A stretch of DNA of 64,000 bases from an uncultured Candidatus Binatia bacterium (GCA_965261895.1 OZ253480.1:2727788-2791787), one strand, 5' to 3'. Counted from the stretch's first letter, positions 37,961-48,355 are shown. Notes: generated by a model not told the origin, from the letters alone. A program made the numbers and translations.

Positions 37961-39481
37961 TTACGACAGGTGCGTGATGACCATCTGGTTGATGTTGTTG
38001 AGGGAGGCCTGGAGCAGGTCGAGCACCACCCGAGGATACACGCCGACGATCACCACGATCACTCCCAGCGGGAACAACGTAAAGATCTCGCGGCCGTTGA
38101 TCTCGGGCAACGACCGGTACTTCTCGTTGGGCGGGCCGAGATAGACCCGCTGCATCATCCACAGCATGTAGCCCGCGGTGATGACGATGCCCAGGGCCGC
38201 GATGACGGTCAGGGCATGGTACCTCGGCCAGGCGCCCAGCAGGACCAGCACCTCGGAGACGAAGCCCGACAGCCCCGGAAGTCCCATGGAGGCGAAAAAG
38301 GCCAGCGCCGTAAAGCCGGCGTACACCGGCATGATGCCGGCCAGGCCGCCGAAGCCGTTGATGTCACGATGATGGGCGCGGTCGTAGATCACCCCCACGA
38401 GCAGGAAGAGCATGGCGGTGATGCAGCCGTGATTGAACATCTGGAGCACCGCGCCGTTGATGCCCTGGGTGTTGAAGGCCGCCATCCCCAGCATGACGTA
38501 GCCCATGTGGCTCACGCTGGAGTAGGCCACCAGCTTCTTCATATCCGTCTGCGCCATGGCGCAAAGGCCGCCATAGACGATGTTCCACGTTCCCAGGGCC
38601 GCGAGGAAGTAGAAGGCCAGGTCTGCCGTGGCCACCGGCAGCATGGGATAGTTGATCCGCAGGATGCCGTAGGTGCCCATCTTCAGGAGGATGCCCGCCA
38701 GGATCACGGAGATGGCGGTAGGCGCCTCCACGTGGGCGTCGGGCAGCCAGGTGTGGAACGGAAAGGCCGGAATCTTGATGGCGAAGCCGATGAACAGCGC
38801 CATCCACACCACGTGCTGGAAGCCCCATCCCCACACGTTGAACGGCCACATGGCCAGCGGCGTGGTGCTGTAGAGGCTGCTCCGGTCCATCAGCTTGGTC
38901 ATGTCGAAGGTGTTGGGCTCGGAGTAGAAATGCAGCGCCAGGATGGCGACCAGCATCAGCACGCTCCCGAGCAGCGTGTAGAGGAAGAACTTGATGGCGG
39001 CGTATTCCTTGCGCGGGCCGCCCCAGATGCCGATGAGGAAATACATGGGAAGCAGCATGACTTCCCAGAACACGTAGAAGAGCACGAAATCCAGCGCCAC
39101 GAACACCCCGGTCATGCCGGTGTCCAGGAGCAGGAACAGCGCGAAATAACCCTTGACCCCCTTGTCGATACCCCAGGAAGCGAAGATACAGATAAACGAC
39201 AGCAGCGCCGTCAGCAGCAGCATGGAGACGCTGAGGCCGTCGACGCCGATGAAGTACTCGATGTTGAACGCGGGGATCCACTCTGCCCGCTCGACGAACT
39301 GCATGGAGGTGGTGGCGGTGTCGAAGTTGGCGTACAGCCAGACGCCCAGAATCAGCGGCGGCACCGTGGCTGCGGCTGACACCCAGCGAATGAGATCATG
39401 GCGTCCGCTGGGCAGGATCAACACGACCAGCATCCCGGCCAAGGGGAAGAAGACCATGTAGCTCAGCACATGTTCGGTCAT
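37961..39481 (-). CDS. nuoM: NADH-quinone oxidoreductase subunit M
   Basis: 506 aa with a NuoM/ND4 signature. Confidence 0.9.
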   Translation of the reverse strand: MTEHVLSYMVFFPLAGMLVVLILPSGRHDLIRWVSAAATVPPLILGVWLYANFDTATTSMQFVERAEWIPAFNIEYFIGVDGLSVSMLLLTALLSFICIFASWGIDKGVKGYFALFLLLDTGMTGVFVALDFVLFYVFWEVMLLPMYFLIGIWGGPRKEYAAIKFFLYTLLGSVLMLVAILALHFYSEPNTFDMTKLMDRSSLYSTTPLAMWPFNVWGWGFQHVVWMALFIGFAIKIPAFPFHTWLPDAHVEAPTAISVILAGILLKMGTYGILRINYPMLPVATADLAFYFLAALGTWNIVYGGLCAMAQTDMKKLVAYSSVSHMGYVMLGMAAFNTQGINGAVLQMFNHGCITAMLFLLVGVIYDRAHHRDINGFGGLAGIMPVYAGFTALAFFASMGLPGLSGFVSEVLVLLGAWPRYHALTVIAALGIVITAGYMLWMMQRVYLGPPNEKYRSLPEINGREIFTLFPLGVIVVIVGVYPRVVLDLLQASLNNINQMVITHLS

Positions 39482-39503
39482 TTTCGCATCTCTCCTCTTC
39501 GAC

Positions 39504-41537
39504 TCAGCTCCAGTAGCGCAGCTTGATGATCAGGACGGCGACCACGGCTCCCACCACCACGTAGAGGTAGCTGTTGATGTTCCCGGTCTGGACCCTTCGG
39601 AAGTTGTTGCCTACCGCGAAGGTCACGTTGGCAACGGCGTTGACCAGCATGTCGACGACGTACTGGTCGAACAGGCCGTTGAACCAGGAGACGACGATAG
39701 TGAGCTTGGCCGTTCCGTCCACGATGGTGTCGATGATGTAGCGATCGAACGCCGCTCCGATCCGCGCCAGCAACAGGGTGCCGCCGACGAAAACGAACTG
39801 GTAGACCTCGTCCACGTAGTACTTGTTGTAGAGCAGGCGGTATGCGAACCCACGGGCCTCCGGCGACTCGTCCCGGGATGGGGTCCGGACGTAGTACAGG
39901 AACCACGCCAGCGCGACGCCCGCGACGCCGGCGACGATGGCCACGCTCATGACCCCGACCTCTTCCATCATCGCGTGGTGCTCGACGTGGGGGACGTGGA
40001 TCACCGGATCGAGCCAGTGGTCGAGCATGCTGCCGCCCATGAACGCCGGCAGCCCGATATAACCCACGACCACGGAGCCGGCCGCGAGAATCCACAGCGG
40101 ATAGGTCATGATCTTCGGAGACTCGTGCAGGTGCTCCTGCACGTGGTGGTCGGCGCGGCATTCGCCGAAGAACACCATGAAGAACTGGCGGAACATGTAG
40201 AAGGCCGTGAGCCCCGCCACGAACACGGCTACCCCCCACAGCGCTACGTTGTGAGTGGCCCAGGCCTGCCACAGGATCGCATCCTTGGAGAAGAAGCCCG
40301 CCAGGAAAGGCGCTCCGGCGATGGCCAGGACGGCGATGGTGAAGGTCCAGAAGGTCGCCGGCATCACCTTCCTCAAGCCGCCCATCTGCCGCATGTCCTG
40401 CTCCCCCTGCATGGCGTGGATGATGCTTCCGGAGCCCAGGAAGAGGCAGGCCTTGAAAAACGCGTGGGTCAGCAGGTGGAAGACTCCGGCGGAGTAGGCG
40501 GCCACGCCCATGGCCAGGAACATGTAGCCGAGCTGGCTGATGGTGGAGTAGGCCAGGACGCGCTTGATGTCGGTCTGGGTCACCGCGACGGTGGCGGCGA
40601 AGAACGCAGTGGCGGCGCCGACCACGGCGATGATCCCCAGGGTCACGGGAGCCGCGGAGAAGAGCGGGTTCAGCCGCGCGATCATGTAGACCCCGGCCGT
40701 CACCATGGTGGCGGCGTGGATCAGCGCACTCACGGGGGTCGGGCCCTGCATGGCGTCCGGCAGCCAGACGTAGAGCGGGATCTGCGCCGACTTGCCGGCG
40801 GCCCCGATGAACATCAGGATCGTCACCAGCGTGACCACGCCGATGCCCCAAAGCTCCATGTTGGCCAACAGCCCCACGTGCTCCTGGATCTCACGGAACG
40901 CCAGCGTTCCCTGGCCGTGCTCCGTCAGGCTCCAGAAAAGCAGGAAGATGCCCAGGACGAAGCCGAAGTCGCCGACGCGGTTGACGATGAAGGCCTTGTT
41001 GCCGGCGCGGGTGTTGGTGTGGTCCGTGTACCAGAACCCGATGAGCGCCCAAGAGCAGAGCCCCACGCCCTCCCAGCCCACGAACATCAGCAGCAGGTTG
41101 TCGCCGGTCACCAGCAGCAGCATGGAGAAGGTGAACAGGTTCAGGTAGGCGAAGTAGCGCCACAAGGACCGGTCCTCGTGCATGTAACCGATGGAGTAGA
41201 AGTGGATCAGTCCGCCGATGCCGCTCACCACCAGGATCATGATGGCCGACAGCGGATCCACCCAGAAGGCCACGTCCACGTTGAAGGAGCCCATGGGGAT
41301 CCAACTGTAGAAGTGGTCGATGAGAAACCGATCCTTGGCCGGCAGGGACAGCAACCGGCCAAAGGCCCACAGCGAGAACAGAAACGACAGGGTCACCGGG
41401 GCGCAGGCGATAACGGCCACCATCCGCTTGCCCGCGCGCTCCTGTATGCGGGCCCCCAGCAGACCGTTCACCGCGGCGCCCAGCAGCGGGAACAACACGA
41501 TCCAACGCAGAAAATCGGTTTGAACGGGGTGATCCAT
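39504..41537 (-). CDS. nuoL: NADH-quinone oxidoreductase subunit L
   Basis: 677 aa with a NuoL/ND5 signature including the C-terminal long helix. Confidence 0.9.
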   Translation of the reverse strand: MDHPVQTDFLRWIVLFPLLGAAVNGLLGARIQERAGKRMVAVIACAPVTLSFLFSLWAFGRLLSLPAKDRFLIDHFYSWIPMGSFNVDVAFWVDPLSAIMILVVSGIGGLIHFYSIGYMHEDRSLWRYFAYLNLFTFSMLLLVTGDNLLLMFVGWEGVGLCSWALIGFWYTDHTNTRAGNKAFIVNRVGDFGFVLGIFLLFWSLTEHGQGTLAFREIQEHVGLLANMELWGIGVVTLVTILMFIGAAGKSAQIPLYVWLPDAMQGPTPVSALIHAATMVTAGVYMIARLNPLFSAAPVTLGIIAVVGAATAFFAATVAVTQTDIKRVLAYSTISQLGYMFLAMGVAAYSAGVFHLLTHAFFKACLFLGSGSIIHAMQGEQDMRQMGGLRKVMPATFWTFTIAVLAIAGAPFLAGFFSKDAILWQAWATHNVALWGVAVFVAGLTAFYMFRQFFMVFFGECRADHHVQEHLHESPKIMTYPLWILAAGSVVVGYIGLPAFMGGSMLDHWLDPVIHVPHVEHHAMMEEVGVMSVAIVAGVAGVALAWFLYYVRTPSRDESPEARGFAYRLLYNKYYVDEVYQFVFVGGTLLLARIGAAFDRYIIDTIVDGTAKLTIVVSWFNGLFDQYVVDMLVNAVANVTFAVGNNFRRVQTGNINSYLYVVVGAVVAVLIIKLRYWS

Positions 41538-41558
41538 GGCGAGGCAGTTCGTGAAAGG

Positions 41559-41891
41559 CTAGTCCCTGAGCGTCTCGGTGGCCTCGACGTCGATGGTGGC
41601 GAAGAGCTGGTAGATGGAGAGCACGATGGCCAGGCCGATGGCGGCTTCGGAGGCCGCCAGCATGATGATGAAGACCGTGTAGATCTGCCCATCCACGTTC
41701 CCGGTGCTGAAGTGCGAGAACGCGACGTAGTTCAGTCCCGCCGAATTGAGGATGAGCTCGACACCCAGAAGAATGCTGATGGCATTGCGCCGGGTAAGAA
41801 CGATGTAGATGCCCAGCGCGAACAGGATGCCCGCGACCACCAGGTAGTGCCTCAGTCCGACGTCCGTCAACAGTGCAACGTATTCAGCCAT
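41559..41891 (-). CDS. nuoK: NADH-quinone oxidoreductase subunit K
   Basis: 110 aa with a NuoK/ND4L signature. Confidence 0.85.
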   Translation of the reverse strand: MAEYVALLTDVGLRHYLVVAGILFALGIYIVLTRRNAISILLGVELILNSAGLNYVAFSHFSTGNVDGQIYTVFIIMLAASEAAIGLAIVLSIYQLFATIDVEATETLRD

Positions 41892-41906
41892 CTCGCGAAA
41901 CTCTCG

Positions 41907-42425
41907 CTATTCCTTGATTTCCTTGCGCGACAGCGTGATGGCGCCGATGAGCGCCACCAACAGCACCACCGCGGCGATCTGGAACGGCAGCAGGTAGTCG
42001 CCGAGGAAGAGGTTGCCGATGGCCGCCGTGGTGGGCGCGAACGCCACTTCCTTGACCTGCACCCAGCCGGTCTCGCCGATGGCGTAGACCAGGATGCCAA
42101 GGAAGACCGCCACTGCCGCAAGCGCGGGAATGCGGCCCACCGTGCGGTTGGTGATCTCGATTTCGCTGATCCGATGGGTCAACATGACCGCGAACAGGAT
42201 CAGTACGAGAATGCCGCCGACGTAGATCAATACCTGCACCGCCGCCACGAAGTCCGCGCCGAGAAACACGTAGAGGCCGGCCACCCCGCCGAACGTACCC
42301 AGCAGCGAGAAGGCCGAATGCACGATGTTCCGGGAGAACGCGACGATGCAAGCGGACCCTATCACGACGAGGGAAACCAGATAGAAGATCAGGACGCCTA
42401 TGGAAATCTCCATGATCAAAACCAC
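41907..42425 (-). CDS. nuoJ: NADH-quinone oxidoreductase subunit J
   Basis: 172 aa with a NuoJ/ND6 signature. Confidence 0.85.
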   Translation of the reverse strand: MVLIMEISIGVLIFYLVSLVVIGSACIVAFSRNIVHSAFSLLGTFGGVAGLYVFLGADFVAAVQVLIYVGGILVLILFAVMLTHRISEIEITNRTVGRIPALAAVAVFLGILVYAIGETGWVQVKEVAFAPTTAAIGNLFLGDYLLPFQIAAVVLLVALIGAITLSRKEIKE

Positions 42426-42531
42426 CCTTTTACTTAGAAACCGGGAGGGTTGCGCCGTTTACGGTCGGCGGTGGGGCCAGGAGCGTGTCCGACGAAAAAG
42501 TCTCGTGAATCCTGCCATGGCCGGCGGGCCG

Positions 42532-43071
42532 TCATTTCTCCGGTTCGGCCACCTCGTCCAGGTACCTCAGTCCGATATCCACCTTCTGAACCATTCGGGG
42601 TTCCGTTTCCCCACCCTTCTTCGGCTTGTAGAGAGGCACTGTCTCGGTAACGAAATGCCGCACCAGACCGGCGGGATTGTTGCAGGCGCCCTCGAACTCC
42701 TGAGTGTGACGAATGGAGCCCGTGGGGCAGGCCTCCATGCACAGCCCACAATACATGCACTTGCAAATGTCGATGTCAAATTGGGTGAAGTCGCGCTGGT
42801 TCGTCTCCGCGTTCTTCTCGATGCCGATGGCGATGCAGTTGATCGGGCAGACCCTCTCGCACGCCAGGCAGCCCGTGCAGATGTCCATGTCGACCTCGAG
42901 GATGCCGCGGTAACGCAAGGGCAGGGTCGCCTGCACCTGTTGCGCGATGCGGTCGGGATACTGGATCGTCGACGGCTTGCGGACGAAGTGCGAGAAGGTG
43001 ATGGACATGCCTTCGAAGATGCTCGTCACCGTGTCTCGCACGTTCTGAAAGTATTCGATGACTCCATTCAT
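42532..43071 (-). CDS. nuoI: NADH-quinone oxidoreductase subunit I (2x[4Fe-4S])
   Basis: ORF 42532..43206. Probable start at 43071 (MNGVIEYFQ). Two CxxCxxCxxxCP motifs. Confidence 0.88.
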   Translation of the reverse strand: MNGVIEYFQNVRDTVTSIFEGMSITFSHFVRKPSTIQYPDRIAQQVQATLPLRYRGILEVDMDICTGCLACERVCPINCIAIGIEKNAETNQRDFTQFDIDICKCMYCGLCMEACPTGSIRHTQEFEGACNNPAGLVRHFVTETVPLYKPKKGGETEPRMVQKVDIGLRYLDEVAEPEK

Positions 43072-43099
43072 GGACGTTTCCCCGGACGATCGTTGGACC

Positions 43100-44311
43100 C
43101 TACACGTAGGGCTTGAGATACAGGGTCGGACGCGAGTGAATGATCTGAAAGACCACCCGCCAAAAAAAATAAAGGACCACGAGACCCGAAAACGCCAACG
43201 TGGCAACGGTCAGCGCGGTATTCCCTTCGGGCCAGAGCACCAACAGCGAAATCGTTCCGAACATGCAGACGAACGCGATGGGGACCATGTATTTCCAGCA
43301 CATGGCCATGAGCTGGTCCACCCGCACCCGCGGCAGGGTGCCCCGTACCCACATGGCGACGAAGGCCCACATGTACGCCTTGATGAAGAAGACCGTGAAC
43401 TCCAGCACACCCTTGAGCAGCGGGTGGTCCGCCATGACCACGCCGAAGATCGCCGCCGGTATCTGCCAGCCGCCGAGAAACAGGGTGGCCGCGATGGCGC
43501 CGATGACGTACAGATTGCCCCACTCCGCAAAGAAGAAGAATAGGAAGCGCATGCCGCTGTACTCGGTCACGTAGCCGGCTACCAACTCCGATTCGGCTTC
43601 GGGAATGTCGAACGGCGTCCGGTTACCCTCGGCCAGAGCCGCGGTGAAGAAGAGGAAGAAGGCCACCAGGGTGAAGGGGTTGTAGAAGATGAACCAGTTC
43701 CAGGGGGCCCATCCCTGGGCCTCGATGATCCCCTGCATGCTGAGGGTGCCCGACAGGAAGATCACCGTCAGCACCGCGAGCCCCGCGGGGATCTCGTAAC
43801 TGACGATCTGCGCAGCCGAGCGCATCCCCCCCAACAGCGACCATTTGTTGTTGGACGACCAGCCCGCCATCAGGATACCCACCACCGGCAGAGAGGTAAT
43901 GGCCAGGAGGTAAAGGATGCCGATGTTGAGGTCCGCGGCGATCAGCCAACTGCCGAACGGTATCACGACGAAGGCGCCGAGAAACCCCGAGAAGACGATA
44001 TAAGGGGCCAGCAGGAAGAGTTTCCGGTCGGCCGCAGTCGGGATGATGTCCTCTTTCTGGATGTTCTTGACCCCGTCGGCGAGCCACTGAAGCACTCCCT
44101 GCGGGCCGACCCGGTTGGGACCGACCCGGGACTGCATGCGCGCCCACACGCGCCGCTCCAGCCAGCTCGTCACGCCGGCGAGCGGCGCCACGAAGGCCGA
44201 CAGCACGACGACGGCCACCAGCACCACCGCAAGGGCATAGCCCAGGGCCGCCGGAACGGCCCCCGGCAGCAACCCCTGAATCAAGTCTTGAACGGTGAAT
44301 TCCATCGGCAC
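43100..44311 (-). CDS. nuoH: NADH-quinone oxidoreductase subunit H
   Basis: 403 aa with a NuoH/ND1 signature. GTG at 44311 or ATG at 44305. Confidence 0.9.
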   Translation of the reverse strand: MPMEFTVQDLIQGLLPGAVPAALGYALAVVLVAVVVLSAFVAPLAGVTSWLERRVWARMQSRVGPNRVGPQGVLQWLADGVKNIQKEDIIPTAADRKLFLLAPYIVFSGFLGAFVVIPFGSWLIAADLNIGILYLLAITSLPVVGILMAGWSSNNKWSLLGGMRSAAQIVSYEIPAGLAVLTVIFLSGTLSMQGIIEAQGWAPWNWFIFYNPFTLVAFFLFFTAALAEGNRTPFDIPEAESELVAGYVTEYSGMRFLFFFFAEWGNLYVIGAIAATLFLGGWQIPAAIFGVVMADHPLLKGVLEFTVFFIKAYMWAFVAMWVRGTLPRVRVDQLMAMCWKYMVPIAFVCMFGTISLLVLWPEGNTALTVATLAFSGLVVLYFFWRVVFQIIHSRPTLYLKPYV

Positions 44312-44314
44312 AGC

Positions 44315-44504
44315 CTCAGTGTCGTGTCCCGGAAATTGGCATGATCATTTGCTTGTCCTTTTTACCGTCGGCTACGTTGCTCTTCCTCACGTGGTGGCCG
44401 CCACACGGGCGGGTTTGAAACCCGCCCCTACAAGTCATCGCGCCTTGCCGACGACAAAAATTCCTGCGCAACTAATCATGCCAATTTCCGGGACACGACA
44501 CTAG
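44315..44504. mobile_element. MITE copy D (third TIR variant CAGTGTCGTGTCCCGGAAATTGGCATGAT; core GGGCGGGTTTGAAACCCGCCC) between nuoH and nuoD
   Basis: cagtgtcgtgtcccggaaattggcatgat ... atcatgccaatttccgggacacgacactag. The terminal CTAG (44501-44504) provides the nuoD TAG stop. Confidence 0.8.
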
Positions 44505-45637
44505 CGATCGATCTCGGGAGCGTCCACATCGAGGCTCGCGATCAAGGCGATCAGATCGGCGACCATGATTCCCGGGCTGATCTTGTCGATGATGCTCATG
44601 GCGGTGAAGGAACCGGTGCGGATCCTCACCCGGTAAGGATACTCGCTGCCGTCGCTGACCACGTAATAGCCCATGTCTCCGCGCGGCGCTTCGACGCGCA
44701 CGTAGGTTTCGCCTGCCGGCGGCTTGAACTTGCGCGCGACCTTGGCGACGGCCGGCCCGTCGGGTATCTTGTCGAGGCACTGGCGGAGAATCTTGCAACT
44801 CTCCATCAATTCCTCGATCCGGACCTGGTAGCGGTCGTAGGAGTCGCCCACGGTCCCCCGCACGCCCCGGCCCACCGGCACCTCGAAGTCGAGCTCGGGA
44901 TAGACCGAATAGGGAATGTCCCGGCGGATGTCCCACTGGATGCCGCACGCACGCAGGTTCGGACCCACCAGGTTGTACTGGAGAGCATCCTCCTTCGAGA
45001 TCACCGCGACGTTGGCCAGCCGCTCGATGAAGATCTTGTTGTACGACAAGAGCCGGTTGTATTCGTCGACGATGAGCTCGAAGTGGTCCAGGAACGCCGT
45101 AATCCGGCCGCACGTCTCCGGCTTGATGTCGTAGCCGACGCCGCCGATCCGGAGGTAGTTGTAGGTGAGGCGGGCGCCGCAGATCTCCTCCATGAGATCG
45201 TTGATGCTTTCCCGCTCCCGGAGCGCGTGCAGAAAAGGAGTGATGGCGCCGATATCCTGCCCGAAGGTGCCCACGGCGATGAGGTGGCTGGCGACGCGGT
45301 TGAGCTCGCAGGCGATCACGCGGCAGTACTCGGCGCGGGGCGGCACCTCGATGTTGCCCAGCCGCTCCGCCGCCATGCAGAAGCCCTGATTGGCGAACAT
45401 GGCGGCGAGATAGTCGGCCCGGTCGGTGTACGGGACGTAACCGTGCCACGTGCACTTCTCGCCGATCTTCTCGATGGAGCGGTGCAGGTAGCCGACGTCC
45501 GGGATGGCTTCGTTGATGACCTCGCCGTCCGTCTTGACCACGAACCGCAGCACGCCGTGGGTGCTCGGATGCTGCGGCCCCACGTTCAGCGTCATGTCTT
45601 CCGTGTGCAAGCCGGTCCTGGCGGTAGCCTCGCTCAT
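44501..45637 (-). CDS. nuoD: NADH-quinone oxidoreductase subunit D
   Basis: 378 aa with a NuoD/49-kDa signature. Confidence 0.9.
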   Translation of the reverse strand: MSEATARTGLHTEDMTLNVGPQHPSTHGVLRFVVKTDGEVINEAIPDVGYLHRSIEKIGEKCTWHGYVPYTDRADYLAAMFANQGFCMAAERLGNIEVPPRAEYCRVIACELNRVASHLIAVGTFGQDIGAITPFLHALRERESINDLMEEICGARLTYNYLRIGGVGYDIKPETCGRITAFLDHFELIVDEYNRLLSYNKIFIERLANVAVISKEDALQYNLVGPNLRACGIQWDIRRDIPYSVYPELDFEVPVGRGVRGTVGDSYDRYQVRIEELMESCKILRQCLDKIPDGPAVAKVARKFKPPAGETYVRVEAPRGDMGYYVVSDGSEYPYRVRIRTGSFTAMSIIDKISPGIMVADLIALIASLDVDAPEIDR

Positions 45638-45681
45638 GATATCATTCCTTCGTCAACCGACCCGATTGCGATGGTGGACGC

Positions 45682-45702
45682 GGGCGGATTTGAAATCCGC
45701 CC
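45682..45702. repeat. Degenerate solo core palindrome GGGCGGATTTGAAATCCGCCC
   Basis: A variant of the core with MITE-like flanks, next to MITE copy E. Confidence 0.6.
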
Positions 45703-45739
45703 CGACAAATCCATCGCGGCACACTGCCGACAAAAGGGT

Positions 45740-45928
45740 CTAGTGTGGTGTCTCACAAATACGCTTACGAATCTGCGGGTCCTTTTGGCCGTCGGCTGCG
45801 TTGCTCTTCCTCGCGTGGTGCACGCCACTGAGGGGCGACCGCAGGTCGCCCCTACAAGTCATCGCGCCTTGCCGACGACCAAAATGCCCTCGCATCTTCA
45901 TAACCGTATTTGTGAGACACCACACTAG
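45740..45928. mobile_element. MITE copy E (189 bp; canonical TIR; core variant GGGCGACCGCAGGTCGCCC) between nuoD and nuoC
   Basis: ctagtgtggtgtctcacaaatacgc ... gtatttgtgagacaccacactag. The terminal CTAG provides the nuoC TAG stop (45925-45927). Confidence 0.85.
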
Positions 45929-46431
45929 CGCATGTTCTCCGGGACCAACGGCTCGCGCTCGGTGCTGATGCCGTCGTACTCTTCCTGCTCCACGAAGTCC
46001 TTGCGCAGCGGATAACCCACCCAGTCCTCGGGCAACAGTATCCGCCGGAGGTCCGAATGCCCTTCGAAGATGACCCCGAAGAGATCGAACACTTCCCGCT
46101 CGAACCAGTTGGCGACCTTCCAGATGTCTTCCACCGTCGCGATCCGCGGCGCTTCCCGGTCCAAGTCGACCTTGATCACGGTCTGTTGCCGGGACTCGTA
46201 CGAGTACAGATGGTAGACGACCTGTATGATCTCCTCCTTCGGAAAATCCACGGCCGTCAGATCGGAGAGCACGTCAAATTTCAGCACGTCGTCGTCGCGC
46301 AGCGCCAGGAGCAACTCCTTGAGGCTGGCCGCCTTGACCTTGAAGAAAGGGTCCAGAACCTGCTCGTCAAGGTCGTCCACGCCCCCGGGACAAAGCTCCC
46401 TGGCGCGCTCGTATATCTCTTTTGCGGTCAT
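45925..46431 (-). CDS. nuoC: NADH-quinone oxidoreductase subunit C
   Basis: ORF 45925..46569. Probable ATG at 46431 (MTAKEIYERAREL); the upstream part of the ORF translates the MITE. NuoC/30-kDa signature. Confidence 0.85.
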   Translation of the reverse strand: MTAKEIYERARELCPGGVDDLDEQVLDPFFKVKAASLKELLLALRDDDVLKFDVLSDLTAVDFPKEEIIQVVYHLYSYESRQQTVIKVDLDREAPRIATVEDIWKVANWFEREVFDLFGVIFEGHSDLRRILLPEDWVGYPLRKDFVEQEEYDGISTEREPLVPENMR

Positions 46432-46480
46432 GTCGTCGCTATCTGCCCGGAAATCCTGCCCGTCCGAGCCGGCTGATGTC

Positions 46481-46669
46481 CTAGTGTGGTGTCTCACAAA
46501 TACGCTTACGAATCTGCGGGTCCTTTTGGCCGTCGGCTGCGTTGCTCTTCCTCGCGTGGTAACCGCCACACGGGCGGGTTTGAAACCCGCCCCTACTCGT
46601 CATCGCGCCTTGCCGACAACCAAAATGCCCTCGCATCTTCATAACCGTATTTGTGAGACACCACACTAG
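46481..46669. mobile_element. MITE copy F (189 bp; canonical TIR; core GGGCGGGTTTGAAACCCGCCC) between nuoC and nuoA
   Basis: ctagtgtggtgtctcacaaatacgc ... gtatttgtgagacaccacactag. The terminal CTAG provides the nuoA TAG stop (46666-46668). Confidence 0.85.
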
Positions 46670-47043
46670 TTCTTCACCCACTCCAGATCGCCCTTGCACC
46701 AGTCGTAGATGAGACCCAGAAACACGATCATGGTGAAGATGGAGATGGCCCCGAACGCAAAAAGTCCCGCGTCGTTCTGAAGCCAGTTGCGGAAGACCAC
46801 GGCCACCGGGAAAATGAAGGCGATCTCCACCTCGAAGATGATGAAGATGAGGGCGATGAAGTAGAACCGGACGTTGAAGTTGACCCAGGCACTCCCGGTC
46901 GCGGGCTCGCCGCACTCGTAGGTCGAGAGCTTTCTGAGCTGGGGATTGTTGGGCCGCAGCAAGCGGCCGATCAACAGGTTCACCCAGACGAAGGCCGCCC
47001 CCAACAACGTGAAAACCAGTACACTGGCGAAGTCGAAAAGCAT
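46666..47043 (-). CDS. nuoA: NADH-quinone oxidoreductase subunit A
   Basis: 125 aa with a NuoA/ND3 signature (STYECGEP). Confidence 0.88.
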   Translation of the reverse strand: MLFDFASVLVFTLLGAAFVWVNLLIGRLLRPNNPQLRKLSTYECGEPATGSAWVNFNVRFYFIALIFIIFEVEIAFIFPVAVVFRNWLQNDAGLFAFGAISIFTMIVFLGLIYDWCKGDLEWVKN

Positions 47044-47264
47044 TTGTCCTCGGGTAAGATAAAGAAATCAATAACCTTTTTCAGAGGGTCTTTATATACA
47101 CAAAAGCCTGTCCCGGTCAACAAACCGGCCGGTGTGCCTCCAGGACAGCCTTACACTCCCCAACCATTCCTGTTAGTTTGCTAACGAGCGGAGGAGGGGC
47201 GCCGATGCGGCTCCCGAGCTTCCGCGCCCGCGACAACCCGACCAAATGGGAGAACTGAACCGCC

Positions 47265-48257
47265 ATGTCCAATGTTAGCATCACCGTCGCCTGTTGGGAC
47301 TATGACCGGACACGCCCCTTGCAGGAGGGCCGCGTCCCCGTGGAAGGGGTCGACCTGACCTACCTGCCGTTCCGCGTGGAGGAAACCTTCTGGCGCATGC
47401 TGCGCTACCAGGATTTCGACGCCGCCGAGATGTCCATGGGGTCCTACCTGATGTCGAAGGACAAGGGAACCCCGCGGTTCGTGGCGATTCCCGTGTTCCC
47501 CTCCCGCGCCTTCCGGCACTCCGGGATCTACATCCACACCGGTTCCGGCATCAAGGAAGCCGGCGACCTTACAGGCAAGCGGGTCGGCGTCCCCGAGTAC
47601 CAGATGACCGCGGCCATCTGGCAACGTGGCATCCTGCAGCACGAGTACGGCGTGGAGCTCGATAAAGTGAACTGGTTCACGGGTGGGGAAGAGACCCCCG
47701 GCCGGGAGGAAAAGCTCCGTCCGGACCTGCCCGAGACCCTCTCCATCACCCCCATCGGCCCGGAACAGACACTGTCCTCCATGCTGGAGAACGGCGACCT
47801 CGACGCCATGATCTCGGCTCACATGCCGTCGCCGTTCGTGCGCCGCTCGCCCAAGGTGGCGCGGCTGTTCCCGGACTTCCGTTCGGTGGAGGAGGACTAC
47901 TTCCGCAAAACGGGCATCTTCCCCATCATGCACACCGTGGTCTTTCGGGAGGACGTGTACGAACGCCATCCCTGGGTGGCCCAGAACCTCTACAAGGCCT
48001 TCTGCGAATCCAAGCGGCTCTGCGCCGAGTCCATGTACGAGTACTCCGCGCTCAAGTACATGCTGGCCTGGTCCATCGAGCAGATGGAGAAGGAGAAGGA
48101 TCTCATGGGACCCGACCCCTGGTCCTACGGGCTGGAGCCCAACCGCCATATCCTGGAGACGCTGGTGGGCTACGCCCACGAGCAGGGCCTCATCAAGCAG
48201 CGGCTCGAGGTGGACAGCCTGTTCGCCCCCAGCACGCTGAACGAGTTCAAGGTGTAG
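47265..48257 (+). CDS. PhtD/4,5-dihydroxyphthalate decarboxylase-like protein (second paralog)
   Basis: 330 aa, clearly a paralog of 4891..5889 (shared KTGIFPIMHT, DPW.YGL blocks). Confidence 0.6.
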   Translation: MSNVSITVACWDYDRTRPLQEGRVPVEGVDLTYLPFRVEETFWRMLRYQDFDAAEMSMGSYLMSKDKGTPRFVAIPVFPSRAFRHSGIYIHTGSGIKEAGDLTGKRVGVPEYQMTAAIWQRGILQHEYGVELDKVNWFTGGEETPGREEKLRPDLPETLSITPIGPEQTLSSMLENGDLDAMISAHMPSPFVRRSPKVARLFPDFRSVEEDYFRKTGIFPIMHTVVFREDVYERHPWVAQNLYKAFCESKRLCAESMYEYSALKYMLAWSIEQMEKEKDLMGPDPWSYGLEPNRHILETLVGYAHEQGLIKQRLEVDSLFAPSTLNEFKV

Positions 48258-48334
48258 CGTCTCTTACAGGAGGCTTGCCGACGAAGAGGCACGGAATGAC
48301 TTGTCACCGGCAGGGCCCGGCCAAGGGTTTGTAG

Positions 48335-48355
48335 GGGCGGGTTTCAAACCCGCCC
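48335..48355. repeat. Solo core palindrome GGGCGGGTTTCAAACCCGCCC
   Basis: Perfect 21-bp inverted repeat preceded by TTGTAG. Confidence 0.8.

Noticed and set aside
39975-42437. 820-aa plus-strand ORF
   Set aside because: It is antisense to nuoL, nuoK and nuoJ, which have unmistakable membrane-subunit signatures.
47181-48179. 332-aa minus-strand ORF
   Set aside because: It is antisense to the second PhtD-like gene, which has a clear paralog-supported frame.
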